Shown here one piece after another: positions 9,451 through 19,628 of a stretch of 64,000 nucleotides of DNA. The notes below the pieces were generated by a model. The model did not search any database. It was not told where the DNA came from and worked only from the letters and a program-made list of their open reading frames with translations. Source of the stretch: Acutalibacteraceae bacterium (lineage in GTDB: Bacteria > Bacillota > Clostridia > Oscillospirales > Acutalibacteraceae); NCBI GenBank assembly GCA_045538815.1, contig JAZQEE010000066.1, forward strand, positions 279-64,278, in the 5' to 3' direction. A program made the translations under genes and the position numbers. Within the stretch, counting starts at the first letter, position 1. Each line of letters opens with the position of its first letter.

Positions 9451-12400
9451 AGATTATTCTGAATGTTTTTACTTCAAACGGCTTGAAATCAAATTCAAAT
9501 TCATTGCCGCTCTGAGCGATTTCCGATTTATCCTCTTCAATCATATTGCATTCAATGACCTTATCGAATCCGAAGCTCCAGCTTAGCGATGCCTTGCCTC
9601 TCTTCTGCTCCTGCTCAACAACACGGATTATATATCCTCTGCCGTCCTGAGCTTTTTTGATTGCGTCGATTGAGATGTTTGAAGCGTCAACAGCAACAAG
9701 CGATTCTTCGCTTGCAATTTTGCCCTGAGTTGCCTGAGTGTTATAGAATGCAACGGGCGGAACATTGAAGGTGAGTGCTTCCTTGGGAGTGTCTGTTCTC
9801 CAGTCGCCGCTGTGCGGATGGAATGCATACTTGAATGTGTTTATTCCGTGATCGCCTGTTCTGTCGGGGCAGGTGGGCGCACGCATGAGAGTTATTCTCA
9901 TATGGCTGTTGTGGATATCATATCCGTATTTACAGTCATTGATGATGCTGCAGCCGTAGCCGCCTTCAGAGAGGTCAGCCCATTTGTGAGCGGCAACCTC
10001 GAAGCGGGTGAGATCATATGCGGTGTTCCAGTGAGTAGGTCTCTTTGTTGCGCCATGAGCGATTTCATATGTCGCATCGGTGTCGATAACAGCAACATCG
10101 AATCCTGCCTTGAGAACCTTGTCGCTCTCGTGCCAGTCAACTGTTGTATCAAATACAACGCTCTTTCCGTCACGGTAAAGAGTGACATCCTGAGTTATTG
10201 TTGACTTATGGAATCTGCGCTTGATTCTGATAATCTTGCGAAGGAAGTTGCTTTCAACAACATCAATGCTTTCAGCCTCTGTGAGCTCCCACATTTTCTT
10301 GTGATAGTTGAGCTCGAGATTCCATGCGGTTTCATGAATGCATTTATCAAGAGAAACGGTGAGGATATTTCCTCTTCCGTCAAGGCATTCGCGTTTTTCG
10401 TGCTTATCGTAAATGCTTGTGATGATTCCGTTTTCATCAAATTTAACCCGAAGATAGATGTTTTCAAGAACCGTTTTATCGTTATCAAAAAGCTCTGTGT
10501 CCGGATCTGTTTCTTCCTTGAGACTGAATACTGTGCAGCTCATCGGAGCGAGGGGATTCAGGAAAGGCGTGAAAATCAGCTTGCCCTCTTTATAATAAGA
10601 ATGAAGCCTGTTTCCGTCTGCATCAACGGGATACATATTTTCGGGAACGCCCTCAACTTCAATTGGTTCAGAGCTTTCTACATTTGTCAGGTTCCATACT
10701 TTTATGCTGTTTTCGGGAGCTTCAACTGCAGCGTTAAGAGCGGCAAAAACATCGTCCTTGACTGAATTTGCAATCTCATTCATTTTTGCGTAGTCTCTGC
10801 GGCAATCCTCAAAAACTGCGTGAATAGATGAACCGGGAAGAATGTCATGGAACTGGTTGGTCATGAGAATTCTCCAGCCCTTTTCGATTTCTTCCTTGGG
10901 ATATTCTTTGCCTAAAAGCTTTTCGGCAAAAACAGAGAGCATTTCGTCTCTAGTAAAGAGGAATTCACCCTTACGGTTATTCTTTTTGACAAATGCCTGA
11001 CTTGTGAATGTACCTCTGTGATTCTCATAGAACATTTCGCCGTTCCATACGGGAAGCTCGTCCTCTTTGCCGTGGAGAGTCTCAAAGAAATCGTCTACAT
11101 GACCGATTTCCGTCTTGGGCAGACCGGGGAAATTCTGAAGTCTTCTGCCTCTTTCGAGCATGTTTCTTGTCGGACCGCCGCCGCCGTCACCGTAGCCGTA
11201 CATGCTCATTGCAGTGTTGAGCTCGCTCTTGTTATTGCATTCCTCGTCAACGGTCATGATTTCATCAACACGGTAATGGCAGTTGTAAGCGGGTCTCATA
11301 AGATGAGCATAAACCCTGTCACCGTTGTTGCCCTGCCACATAAACATGCTGTAGGGGAATTTGGTTGTGTCATTATATGAAAGCTTCGAGGTGATGAAGT
11401 TTTCCATTCCGCAGCCGTTGATAATCTGGGGAAGTGCCCATGTGAAGCCGAAGCAGTCGGGGAGCCAGTATGTTTTTGAAACCTTGCCGAATTCGTTTCT
11501 GAAGAATTCGGTGCCGTAAAGTACCTGTCTGATAAGCGCTTCGCCTGAGGCGATGTTTGTGTCAGCTTCAACCCAGACATTGCCGCAGATATCCCACTGA
11601 CCGGCTGCAACCTTTTCCTTGATTTTTGCAAAAATTTCGGGATAATGATCCTTCATCATCTGGTAAAGAACAGCCTGACTCTGTCCGAATGTCATTTCGG
11701 GATAGAGGTCCATGAGGGATGTAACATTTGTAAAGGTTCGTGCGCTCTTTCTGATGCTTTCCTGTATTCTCCAGAGCCATGCAACGTCAATGTGGCTGTG
11801 ACCGGTGAGAATAACTCTGCTCTGAGCATTCCAGTTTATTTCGGATATCTTTTTAAGATAATACTTTCTTGCTTCAGCAATGCTCTTTCTTACCTCAGCA
11901 GGCTCGAAATCATAGTCAACCATGTGGAGACTGTCATCAACGGCAGCATAAACCTTGCTCTTTATATGCTCATCTTTTATGAAATTAAGTGCATCAAATG
12001 CAACCTCAATATCAACATAATATCCTTCGCATTCGGCGTCAACCGCAAAAATGCTTGTCTCGCCGAAAAGGCAGTCCTGATAATCAGCGCCGTCCATAGC
12101 GGCATCGCAGAATGACATTGAGTCAACGGTTGCTTCTATCTCAAAATTGAGAACATCGCCTGCTTTGTGAACTCCGAGGTCAACCTGCTTGCGGTCGGGG
12201 AGAGATTCTCTTGAGGTACAGCCCGCAACATATTTTCCGTTGCATTTAACGAGTGATTCGCCGCCGACTGCAAGCTCAGCTCTGATTGAGAGTCCGTCCA
12301 TCTCCTGAGGAACAGTGACTGAAGCTTTGAAGAAATGAGCTGAATCGTAGCCTGCGTGCCATCTGTCGCCGCTTTTGATTTCACCTTTGAAATCCTCCAT

Positions 12401-12532
12401 TTTATAACCGTCGTCGCCGAGGAACATGCCTCTTGTGTATTCCCAGACGCCGATATCTTTCTTTGCAATAATGCAGTATTTTGGAAGCTGCTCATGCATG
12501 TCTTTGAGAATTCCGATTTTTAAAGTGTGCAT
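9449..12532 (-). CDS. GH38 alpha-mannosidase (cytoplasmic)
   Basis: GH38 metal-site motif GHSHIDVAWLW and about 1030 aa with no signal peptide. ATG at 12532 (MHTLKIG) follows an AAAGGGGA RBS. The 13-codon extension in the ORF track lacks an RBS. Confidence 0.85.
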   Translation of the reverse strand: MHTLKIGILKDMHEQLPKYCIIAKKDIGVWEYTRGMFLGDDGYKMEDFKGEIKSGDRWHAGYDSAHFFKASVTVPQEMDGLSIRAELAVGGESLVKCNGKYVAGCTSRESLPDRKQVDLGVHKAGDVLNFEIEATVDSMSFCDAAMDGADYQDCLFGETSIFAVDAECEGYYVDIEVAFDALNFIKDEHIKSKVYAAVDDSLHMVDYDFEPAEVRKSIAEARKYYLKKISEINWNAQSRVILTGHSHIDVAWLWRIQESIRKSARTFTNVTSLMDLYPEMTFGQSQAVLYQMMKDHYPEIFAKIKEKVAAGQWDICGNVWVEADTNIASGEALIRQVLYGTEFFRNEFGKVSKTYWLPDCFGFTWALPQIINGCGMENFITSKLSYNDTTKFPYSMFMWQGNNGDRVYAHLMRPAYNCHYRVDEIMTVDEECNNKSELNTAMSMYGYGDGGGGPTRNMLERGRRLQNFPGLPKTEIGHVDDFFETLHGKEDELPVWNGEMFYENHRGTFTSQAFVKKNNRKGEFLFTRDEMLSVFAEKLLGKEYPKEEIEKGWRILMTNQFHDILPGSSIHAVFEDCRRDYAKMNEIANSVKDDVFAALNAAVEAPENSIKVWNLTNVESSEPIEVEGVPENMYPVDADGNRLHSYYKEGKLIFTPFLNPLAPMSCTVFSLKEETDPDTELFDNDKTVLENIYLRVKFDENGIITSIYDKHEKRECLDGRGNILTVSLDKCIHETAWNLELNYHKKMWELTEAESIDVVESNFLRKIIRIKRRFHKSTITQDVTLYRDGKSVVFDTTVDWHESDKVLKAGFDVAVIDTDATYEIAHGATKRPTHWNTAYDLTRFEVAAHKWADLSEGGYGCSIINDCKYGYDIHNSHMRITLMRAPTCPDRTGDHGINTFKYAFHPHSGDWRTDTPKEALTFNVPPVAFYNTQATQGKIASEESLVAVDASNISIDAIKKAQDGRGYIIRVVEQEQKRGKASLSWSFGFDKVIECNMIEEDKSEIAQSGNEFEFDFKPFEVKTFRII

Positions 12533-12692
12533 ATATTTTCCCCTTTCGGATTGATAACTATATAATAGCAAAGCAAATATATAAAATCAATAAAAAATAC
12601 TGTAAGTTGATTGTTTTTTTGGAAAAATCTGACGGGAAAAACCGGCGCAATAAAAAATATTTTATATTATAAATATAATTATATATTTTATC

Positions 12693-12721
12693 TTGAAAAA
12701 TAAGGTTGTAAATGATATACT
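12693..12721 (+). promoter_or_regulatory. sigma-A type promoter for recJ
   Basis: TTGAAA (12693-12698), 17-nt spacer, TGa-TATACT (12713-12721). Confidence 0.5.
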
Positions 12722-12741
12722 ATAACGATTGAAAGGAATGA

Positions 12742-14784
12742 TTGAGTTTGAGAAGAAAAAAATGGACTGTGGCAAAATGCGATAAGGATTTTGCGGCTCT
12801 TGTTGCTCAGGAGCTGAGCGTTGACCCTTTTGCCGCTCTTCTTGCAACCTCAAGAGGTCTTGATGACATAAATGAAATTGACAGATTTTTTGATACAGAA
12901 GCAGAGCTTACCCTTGACCCGATGACTATTGCCGATATGGATGCTGCGTCAGAAAGAATCAATCTTGCGATTGACGGTTTTGAGCGTATATGTGTTTTCG
13001 GTGATTACGATGCTGACGGCGTGACCGCAACCGCTTTGCTCTATTCATATCTTGAAACAAGAGGCGCAGATGTTATCCGTTATATCCCCGACAGAGTAAA
13101 AGAGGGCTACGGTCTCAACTGCGATGCCATCGAATACCTTGCAGGTCTCGGCGTTAAGCTTATCGTAACCGTTGATAACGGTGTTTCTGCAATAGAAGAA
13201 GCAAAGAAATGCAAGGATCTCGGAATCGACCTTGTTATTACTGACCATCATAAAGTCGGCGATGAGCTTCCCGATGCGATTGCGGTTGTTGACCCTCACA
13301 GAGAAGACTGCCCCAGTAATTTCAAGGAAATGTCAGGTGTCGGTGTTGCATTCAAGCTTGTATGTGCGCTTGAAGGCGGCGAAGAGAATATGCTGCTTTC
13401 GGAATACGGCGATCTTGTTGCACTCGGCACCATCGGTGATGTCGTAACTCTCACGGGCGAAAACAGAGTTATGGTAAGAAAAGGCCTTCATATGATCAAC
13501 GAAGAACCGAGACCGGGCATATCCGCTCTCATGAATGAAGCGGGAATGAGCGGAAAGTTTTTTACCTCTTCAACGGCTTCGTTCACCGTTTGCCCGAGAA
13601 TAAATGCGGCGGGAAGAATGAGTTCTGCAAATAAAGCGCTTGAACTTCTTCTCTGCGATGACGATGATGACGCAGCTTTTATAGCTGAAGAAATAAATGC
13701 ACTGAATGTCAGAAGACAGCAGACCGAAACGGAGATTTTTTCTCAGGCGGTTTCAATGCTCAATAATAACCCCGAAATGCTCAATGACAGAATTATTGTT
13801 GTTGACGGTGAAGGCTGGCATCAGGGTGTTATCGGAATTGTTGCGGCAAGACTTGTTGAAAAGTACGGCAGACCCTGCGTTGTCATTTCACGCGAAGGCG
13901 AAAATGCCAAGGGCTCATGCCGAAGCATAGAAGGCTTTTCAATTTATGATGCGATAGAATCCGTTTCAGACTGTCTTGACCATTTCGGCGGCCACACTCT
14001 TGCGGCGGGTCTCGGTCTTAAATCTTCAAGAATATTTGAGCTCAGATGCAGACTCAATGAATATGCGGCAAACAAAGAAATGCCGTTTGCGCTTCAGAAG
14101 ATTGACTGCCGCCTGCAGCCTGGGTCGATAAGTCTTGATTTGCTTTCAAATCTTGCATATCTTGAGCCGTTCGGTGCGGGCAATCCGCAGCCCTGCTTCG
14201 GTCTTTTCGGAGTAAGACTTGACGATATCAGCTCAGTTTCTGACGGAAAGCATATGAGAATGAGTGTTTCCAAGAACGGAGCAAGAACGGGCGTTGTTTA
14301 TTTCGGAATGCCCGAAATGCTTTTTCCCTATGAAAAGGGCGATGTAGTTGACCTTGCTGTTAATCTTGACAGAAATGTCTATAACGGCGATGAGAGGGTT
14401 TCGGTCATAGTCAGAGGAATGAGACCGTCTCTTACCAACGAAGAAAAGGTTCTTTCTTCAATCAGACTTTTTGATAAATTCAGCAGAAACGAAAAGCTTA
14501 CCCGTGAGGAAGCATTGAGAATGCTTCCCGACAGACAGCTTGAAGTCAGTGTTTTCAAATATCTTAAAAACAAGCCGCTTCCCGATAAATGCTGTGAAAT
14601 GCTCTGCGTAAGACTCGGCGACGACGGCGAAAATCTTGCAAAAATAATTGCGGTAGTTGAAATAATGCTTGAAATGGGCATACTCGTAAGCGGGCTGGAC
14701 GGAAGCATCCGTGTGCCCGAGAATCCTCCGAAGGTTAATCTTGAGGATTCGGAAATACTTAAGAGAATCAAAAGCTTTATTTAA
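12742..14784 (+). CDS. recJ: single-stranded-DNA-specific exonuclease RecJ
   Basis: DHH-family motifs FGDYDADGVT, VDNG, ITDHHK and GVGVAFKL. Size and order match RecJ. TTG start (12742 or 12748). Confidence 0.9.
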   Translation: MSLRRKKWTVAKCDKDFAALVAQELSVDPFAALLATSRGLDDINEIDRFFDTEAELTLDPMTIADMDAASERINLAIDGFERICVFGDYDADGVTATALLYSYLETRGADVIRYIPDRVKEGYGLNCDAIEYLAGLGVKLIVTVDNGVSAIEEAKKCKDLGIDLVITDHHKVGDELPDAIAVVDPHREDCPSNFKEMSGVGVAFKLVCALEGGEENMLLSEYGDLVALGTIGDVVTLTGENRVMVRKGLHMINEEPRPGISALMNEAGMSGKFFTSSTASFTVCPRINAAGRMSSANKALELLLCDDDDDAAFIAEEINALNVRRQQTETEIFSQAVSMLNNNPEMLNDRIIVVDGEGWHQGVIGIVAARLVEKYGRPCVVISREGENAKGSCRSIEGFSIYDAIESVSDCLDHFGGHTLAAGLGLKSSRIFELRCRLNEYAANKEMPFALQKIDCRLQPGSISLDLLSNLAYLEPFGAGNPQPCFGLFGVRLDDISSVSDGKHMRMSVSKNGARTGVVYFGMPEMLFPYEKGDVVDLAVNLDRNVYNGDERVSVIVRGMRPSLTNEEKVLSSIRLFDKFSRNEKLTREEALRMLPDRQLEVSVFKYLKNKPLPDKCCEMLCVRLGDDGENLAKIIAVVEIMLEMGILVSGLDGSIRVPENPPKVNLEDSEILKRIKSFI

Positions 14785-14813
14785 CGGTGGAATGACAGGA
14801 GGAAATAAGCTTT

Positions 14814-17027
14814 ATGAACAGTTTGAAAAATACTGTAAAGGACGTTTTTGAAACACCCGAAGATGCATTGAATGCTCTTTTGGAGATAATGGGCAAAAAC
14901 TGCTCCGAAGACGAACTGCTCGACTTAAAAAAGGCTTATGAAATTGCAGGCAGCGCCCATGAGGGTCAGAAGCGACTTTCAGGCGAGCCGTATATTATGC
15001 ATCCTCTTTCGGTTGCAATGATTCTTGCGCGTCTGGGAATGGACTGCGCTTCAATAATTGCGGCTATTCTTCATGATACAGTTGAAGATACAAGCCTTAC
15101 CAACAAAGAGGTGCAGAAGCTTTTCGGTGAAACGATCGCAGAGCTTGTTGACGGCGTTACAAAAATCGGTAAGGTGCCTCTTCAGACCAAGGAGGAGCAG
15201 CAGTCGGAAAATATCCGCAAAATGTTGCTCGCAATGTCGAAGGATATCAGAGTTATTATCATCAAGCTTGCGGACAGAATTCATAATATGAGAACCCTTA
15301 TGTTCAAAGAGCCTCACAGAAGGCTTGAAATTGCAAGGGAAACTCTTGAAATCTACGCTCCCATTGCTCACCGTCTCGGTATCAGAGCGTTCAAAGAAGA
15401 GCTTGAGGATTTGTCGCTGCGTTATCTTGACCCCGTTGCTTATCATGACATCGAAATGTCTCTTGAAAACCAGAATCAGTCAAGAAACGAGTTCTTCAAT
15501 GATATAAAGTCGAGAATTGAAGAAAGAATAAAGGCTTCGGTTTCGGGCGCTCAGATAAGCGGCAGAATCAAATCAGTTCACGGTATCCACAGAAAAATGT
15601 TCCGTCAGAACAAGAATTTTGACGAAATCTATGATATATACGCAGTACGAATTATTGTTGATTCCGTTATTGACTGCTATAACTGCCTCGGTATAATCCA
15701 CGATATGTTCAAGCCGATTCCCGGCAGATTCAAAGATTATATCTCAACCCCCAAGCCCAACATGTATCAGTCGCTTCATACCACGGTGCTCGGCAAGGAA
15801 GGCATTCCTTTTGAAGTTCAGATAAGAACATGGGATATGCATCATACTGCCGAATACGGTATCGCGGCTCACTGGAAATATAAGCTCGGAATCAACGGCG
15901 CAGCTAAATTTGAAGAGCGTCTTTCATGGATAAGACAGCTTCTTGAAAGCCAGAGCGACAGCGAGGATGTTGAAGATATCGTTTCAACAATCAAGAGCGA
16001 TCTTGTGCCCGAAGAAGTGTTTGTTTTTACTCCGAAGGGTGATGTTTTTAATCTTCCCACGGGCGCAACCGTCATCGACTTCGCCTATGCCATTCACTCT
16101 GCAGTCGGCAATAAAATGGTTGGCGCCAAGGTTGACGGCAGAATAGTTCCGCTTGATTATCAGGTCAAAACGGGCGAAATCGTTGAGGTTCTGACCTCGT
16201 CTCAGCAGGGCAAGGGTCCCAGCCGAGACTGGCTTAAAATCGTTACCACAAGCCAGGCACGAAGCAAAATCAGACAGTGGTACAAGAAAGAAAAGAGAGA
16301 AGAAAATATCATTGAGGGCAAGGCTGAGGTCGAAAGAGAATTCAGACGCAATTTCATCCGCCTTCCTGATTCGGAATTCAATAATTTTATTGAGAAAATT
16401 GCGGAAAGGCAGCATTGCAAAAACATTGATGATTTCTATGCCGCAATAGGCTACGGCGGACTTTCGCTTATCCGTCTCATGCCGAAAATAAAAGAAGATT
16501 ATTCAAAACTTATCAAAGCGCAGGAACCTGCGGTTATTTCAATTGCTCCGCCCAAGAAGAGAACGAAGAGCAACGAAGGCGTTATCGTTGAAGGTATTGA
16601 TAACTGCCTCATTAAATTTTCCCGTTGCTGCAACCCTCTTCCGGGCGACCAGATTATAGGTTTCATAACCAGAGGACACGGCGTTTCGATTCATACGAGA
16701 AAATGTACGAATGTGCCTGCAGATATCAGTCAGGCGGGCGAGCCCGAAAGATGGATAACCGCATATTGGGATACAAATCTCAAGGAAGATTTCAAGTGTA
16801 CCCTCAGCGTGCATTGTCTCAACCGTATCGGTTTGCTTGCAGATGTTTCAAGTCTGCTTGCAAATATGCGCATCATGATTAACGATATCAGCACCCGCAA
16901 TACCAAAGACGGCAGAGCAACAATTGTTGTCACCGTATCGGTCAACGGTGTTGAGCATCTGAATTCGGTTGTTGCAAAAATTGAAAAAATAGAAGGCGTT
17001 TTAAGTATTGAACGCTCGGGTATATAA
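14814..17027 (+). CDS. relA: bifunctional (p)ppGpp synthetase/hydrolase
   Basis: HD hydrolase motif (HDTVEDT), synthetase motif (YISTPKPNMYQSLHTTV), and TGS and ACT-like C-terminal regions. GGAGG RBS. Confidence 0.95.
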   Translation: MNSLKNTVKDVFETPEDALNALLEIMGKNCSEDELLDLKKAYEIAGSAHEGQKRLSGEPYIMHPLSVAMILARLGMDCASIIAAILHDTVEDTSLTNKEVQKLFGETIAELVDGVTKIGKVPLQTKEEQQSENIRKMLLAMSKDIRVIIIKLADRIHNMRTLMFKEPHRRLEIARETLEIYAPIAHRLGIRAFKEELEDLSLRYLDPVAYHDIEMSLENQNQSRNEFFNDIKSRIEERIKASVSGAQISGRIKSVHGIHRKMFRQNKNFDEIYDIYAVRIIVDSVIDCYNCLGIIHDMFKPIPGRFKDYISTPKPNMYQSLHTTVLGKEGIPFEVQIRTWDMHHTAEYGIAAHWKYKLGINGAAKFEERLSWIRQLLESQSDSEDVEDIVSTIKSDLVPEEVFVFTPKGDVFNLPTGATVIDFAYAIHSAVGNKMVGAKVDGRIVPLDYQVKTGEIVEVLTSSQQGKGPSRDWLKIVTTSQARSKIRQWYKKEKREENIIEGKAEVEREFRRNFIRLPDSEFNNFIEKIAERQHCKNIDDFYAAIGYGGLSLIRLMPKIKEDYSKLIKAQEPAVISIAPPKKRTKSNEGVIVEGIDNCLIKFSRCCNPLPGDQIIGFITRGHGVSIHTRKCTNVPADISQAGEPERWITAYWDTNLKEDFKCTLSVHCLNRIGLLADVSSLLANMRIMINDISTRNTKDGRATIVVTVSVNGVEHLNSVVAKIEKIEGVLSIERSGI

Positions 17028-17036
17028 GGTGATAAA

Positions 17037-17495
17037 ATGCGTGCAGTAATTCAAAGGGTAAAGAATTCATGTGTCAGCGTTGACGGCGAAACAAAAGGCA
17101 GTGTAGGCAAGGGATATAATGTTCTTCTCGGCGTTATGGAAGGTGACGGCAAGGCTCAGGCTGAGCTGCTTGCGGCTAAAATCTCAAAGCTGCGTGTTTT
17201 TGAGGACGAAGCAGGCAAGATGAACAAAAGCGTTCTTGACATAAACGGTGAAATCCTCGTCATTTCGCAGTTTACCCTCTGCGCGGATATAAAAAAGGGT
17301 AACCGCCCGTCGTTTACCGATTCTGCGGTACCCGAAGAGGCGAATGCGCTTTATGAGTATTTCTGCGATTGTCTTATCGAAAACGGCGTTTCAAAGGTTG
17401 AAAAGGGCGTTTTTGCCGCAGATATGCTTGTTAATATTGAGAATGACGGCCCCGTAACGATTGTTATGGATACCGACATATGGGATAAAAGGTGA
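17037..17495 (+). CDS. dtd: D-aminoacyl-tRNA deacylase
   Basis: MRAVIQRV... and SQFTL...GNRPSF motifs, about 150 aa, immediately after relA as in most Bacillota. Confidence 0.95.
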   Translation: MRAVIQRVKNSCVSVDGETKGSVGKGYNVLLGVMEGDGKAQAELLAAKISKLRVFEDEAGKMNKSVLDINGEILVISQFTLCADIKKGNRPSFTDSAVPEEANALYEYFCDCLIENGVSKVEKGVFAADMLVNIENDGPVTIVMDTDIWDKR

Positions 17496-17499
17496 TGGC

Positions 17500-18141
17500 A
17501 TGAAAATAACTAAAATTCCTCTTGAGCATGAAATATTTGCAAACTGTTTTCTGATTGTTGATGAGGCATCGGGTGAAGCTGCGATAGTTGACCCCGGCTG
17601 GTATGAGGTTTCAATTCCTCAGGTGCTTTCCGAAAATGAAGGAATAACACTCAGATATATTCTTCTTACTCACGGTCATTTCGACCACATCTTAGGCGTT
17701 CACGGCTTGCAGCAGGCAACGGGTGCAAAGGTAGCAATTCATAAGAATGACGCAGAGCATCTCATTGACCCCGAGAAGAGTCTGTGCGAAGGGAATTTCC
17801 CTGAGCCTCAGACACCCGTGAAAGCAGATATACTTCTCTCTGACGGCGATGTAATAAAGCTTGGAGAGGAAGAAATAAAAGTTATGAGCACTCCGGGACA
17901 TACCAGAGGCAGTGTCTGCTATATCCTCGAAAAGGACAGAGTTATGCTCAGCGGCGACACTCTTTTCTGCATGACTGCGGGAAGAACGGATTTCTTCGAC
18001 GGAAGCGAATCGGATCTGAGAAAATCTCTCAGAAGGCTTACCGAGCTTGACGGCGATTACAGGGTTTTACCCGGTCATAACCGCGAAACAACCCTTGAAA
18101 GAGAAAGAACACGCAATTGGTATATCAGAAGGATGGGCTGA
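17500..18141 (+). CDS. MBL-fold hydrolase (glyoxalase II-like)
   Basis: THGHFDH motif and GHTRGS. ATG at 17500 lies 5 nt after the dtd stop with an AAAGGTGA RBS. Confidence 0.8.
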   Translation: MKITKIPLEHEIFANCFLIVDEASGEAAIVDPGWYEVSIPQVLSENEGITLRYILLTHGHFDHILGVHGLQQATGAKVAIHKNDAEHLIDPEKSLCEGNFPEPQTPVKADILLSDGDVIKLGEEEIKVMSTPGHTRGSVCYILEKDRVMLSGDTLFCMTAGRTDFFDGSESDLRKSLRRLTELDGDYRVLPGHNRETTLERERTRNWYIRRMG

Positions 18142-18144
18142 TAA

Positions 18145-19611
18145 GTGATTTTAAGAATTTTCGGGCACGATTTTCACTATGAAGCGGAGAATCTGTGCAG
18201 GGTATATTATCCCAACGAAAAAATAAATATTGTTTATGACGGAAGCGGAGAGGATTCAAAGCAGATTTCAACAGTGTGCGAACCGATTGAAGGCGGAAAC
18301 CGGATAACGGTTGAAGCGTCAATTGAGGGCGAAATCCGCAGGGCTCAGGCTGAAGTCTTTGCAGCTGAAGCTGAACTCAGAGATAAAAGCGAGCTTAAAA
18401 CAGCTCAGCTTATGTTTGCGGTTTTGTCGGATATAACGGGCTACACGCCGCCGTGGGGAGTGCTCACGGGTGTCCGTCCCTCGAAGCTGATGCTCAGACT
18501 CATTGACTCAATGGGTAAGGATGCTGCATACAGATACTTTACAGAGGATTTGCTTGTCAGCAACGAAAAGGCAGACCTTGCTTTAACCGTTGCAAGAGCA
18601 GAGGAGAAGATAGTCAATCTCTCGGAAAAGAATTCGTTCAGTCTCTATGTTTCAATCCCTTTCTGTCCGACTCGCTGCAGCTATTGCTCGTTTGTTTCGC
18701 ATTCAATTTCAAATCCGAGCGCAAAAAAGCTTTTGCCCGAATATCTTGAAAAGCTTTCTGAAGAGCTTGAAATGACGGGCAGAATTGCAAAAGAGCTCGG
18801 TCTGAAGCTTGAGAGCATTTATTTCGGAGGAGGCACTCCGGGAGTGCTCGAAGCGTCTCAGCTTGACAGACTTCTCTGCTCGGTTGAAAATGGTTTTGAT
18901 TTGTCTGCGCTCAGAGAATATACTGTTGAAATCGGCAGACCCGATACGGTAACTCCCGAAAAGCTCAGAGCGTTGAAGCTTCATAATGTTGAGAGAATAA
19001 GCATTAACCCTCAGACTTTTAATCAGAAAACGCTTGATATCATCGGCAGAATGCATTCCGTTGAGCAGTCTGTCAAGGCTTATCAGCTTGCAAGAGCCTA
19101 TGATTTCAAATGTATAAATATGGATCTGATTGCAGGCTTGCCCGATGAAAGCGTTGACGATTTCAAAGCAAGCGTTGACACCGCAACTTCTCTCAGACCC
19201 GAAAACATAACCGTGCATACGCTTGCGTTAAAACGCTCATCTGAGCTTAACGCTTCAGGTGCAAGAGTAACGGGCGGCAACGAAGCAAAGTCTATGCTTG
19301 AATATGCATCTTCAAAGCTGTCTCCCATATATTCGCCTTATTATATGTACCGTCAGAGCAAATGCGTCGGTAATCTTGAAAATGTCGGGTGGTGTACCGA
19401 AGGCAACGAATGCCTCTATAACGTCTTTATGATGGAGGAGTGTCATACCGTGCTTGCGGCAGGCGCAGGCGGTGTAACTAAGCTTTGTGAGCCCGGCGGC
19501 ACCAACGTTGAGCGCATATTCAATTATAAATATCCTTATGAATACATATCGGGCTTCGACAAAATAACGGAGCGCAAAAACGGAATAAAGAGCTTTTATT
19601 TGTCATACTAA
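18145..19611 (+). CDS. hemZ: HemZ-like radical SAM protein (oxygen-independent coproporphyrinogen dehydrogenase family)
   Basis: CPTRCSYCSF (CxxxCxxC) and a HemN-like core. The N-terminus ILRIFGHDFHYEAENLCRVYYP is typical of the HemZ subgroup. GTG start. Confidence 0.75.
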   Translation: MILRIFGHDFHYEAENLCRVYYPNEKINIVYDGSGEDSKQISTVCEPIEGGNRITVEASIEGEIRRAQAEVFAAEAELRDKSELKTAQLMFAVLSDITGYTPPWGVLTGVRPSKLMLRLIDSMGKDAAYRYFTEDLLVSNEKADLALTVARAEEKIVNLSEKNSFSLYVSIPFCPTRCSYCSFVSHSISNPSAKKLLPEYLEKLSEELEMTGRIAKELGLKLESIYFGGGTPGVLEASQLDRLLCSVENGFDLSALREYTVEIGRPDTVTPEKLRALKLHNVERISINPQTFNQKTLDIIGRMHSVEQSVKAYQLARAYDFKCINMDLIAGLPDESVDDFKASVDTATSLRPENITVHTLALKRSSELNASGARVTGGNEAKSMLEYASSKLSPIYSPYYMYRQSKCVGNLENVGWCTEGNECLYNVFMMEECHTVLAAGAGGVTKLCEPGGTNVERIFNYKYPYEYISGFDKITERKNGIKSFYLSY

Positions 19612-19628
19612 ATCTATAGGGTGATGAT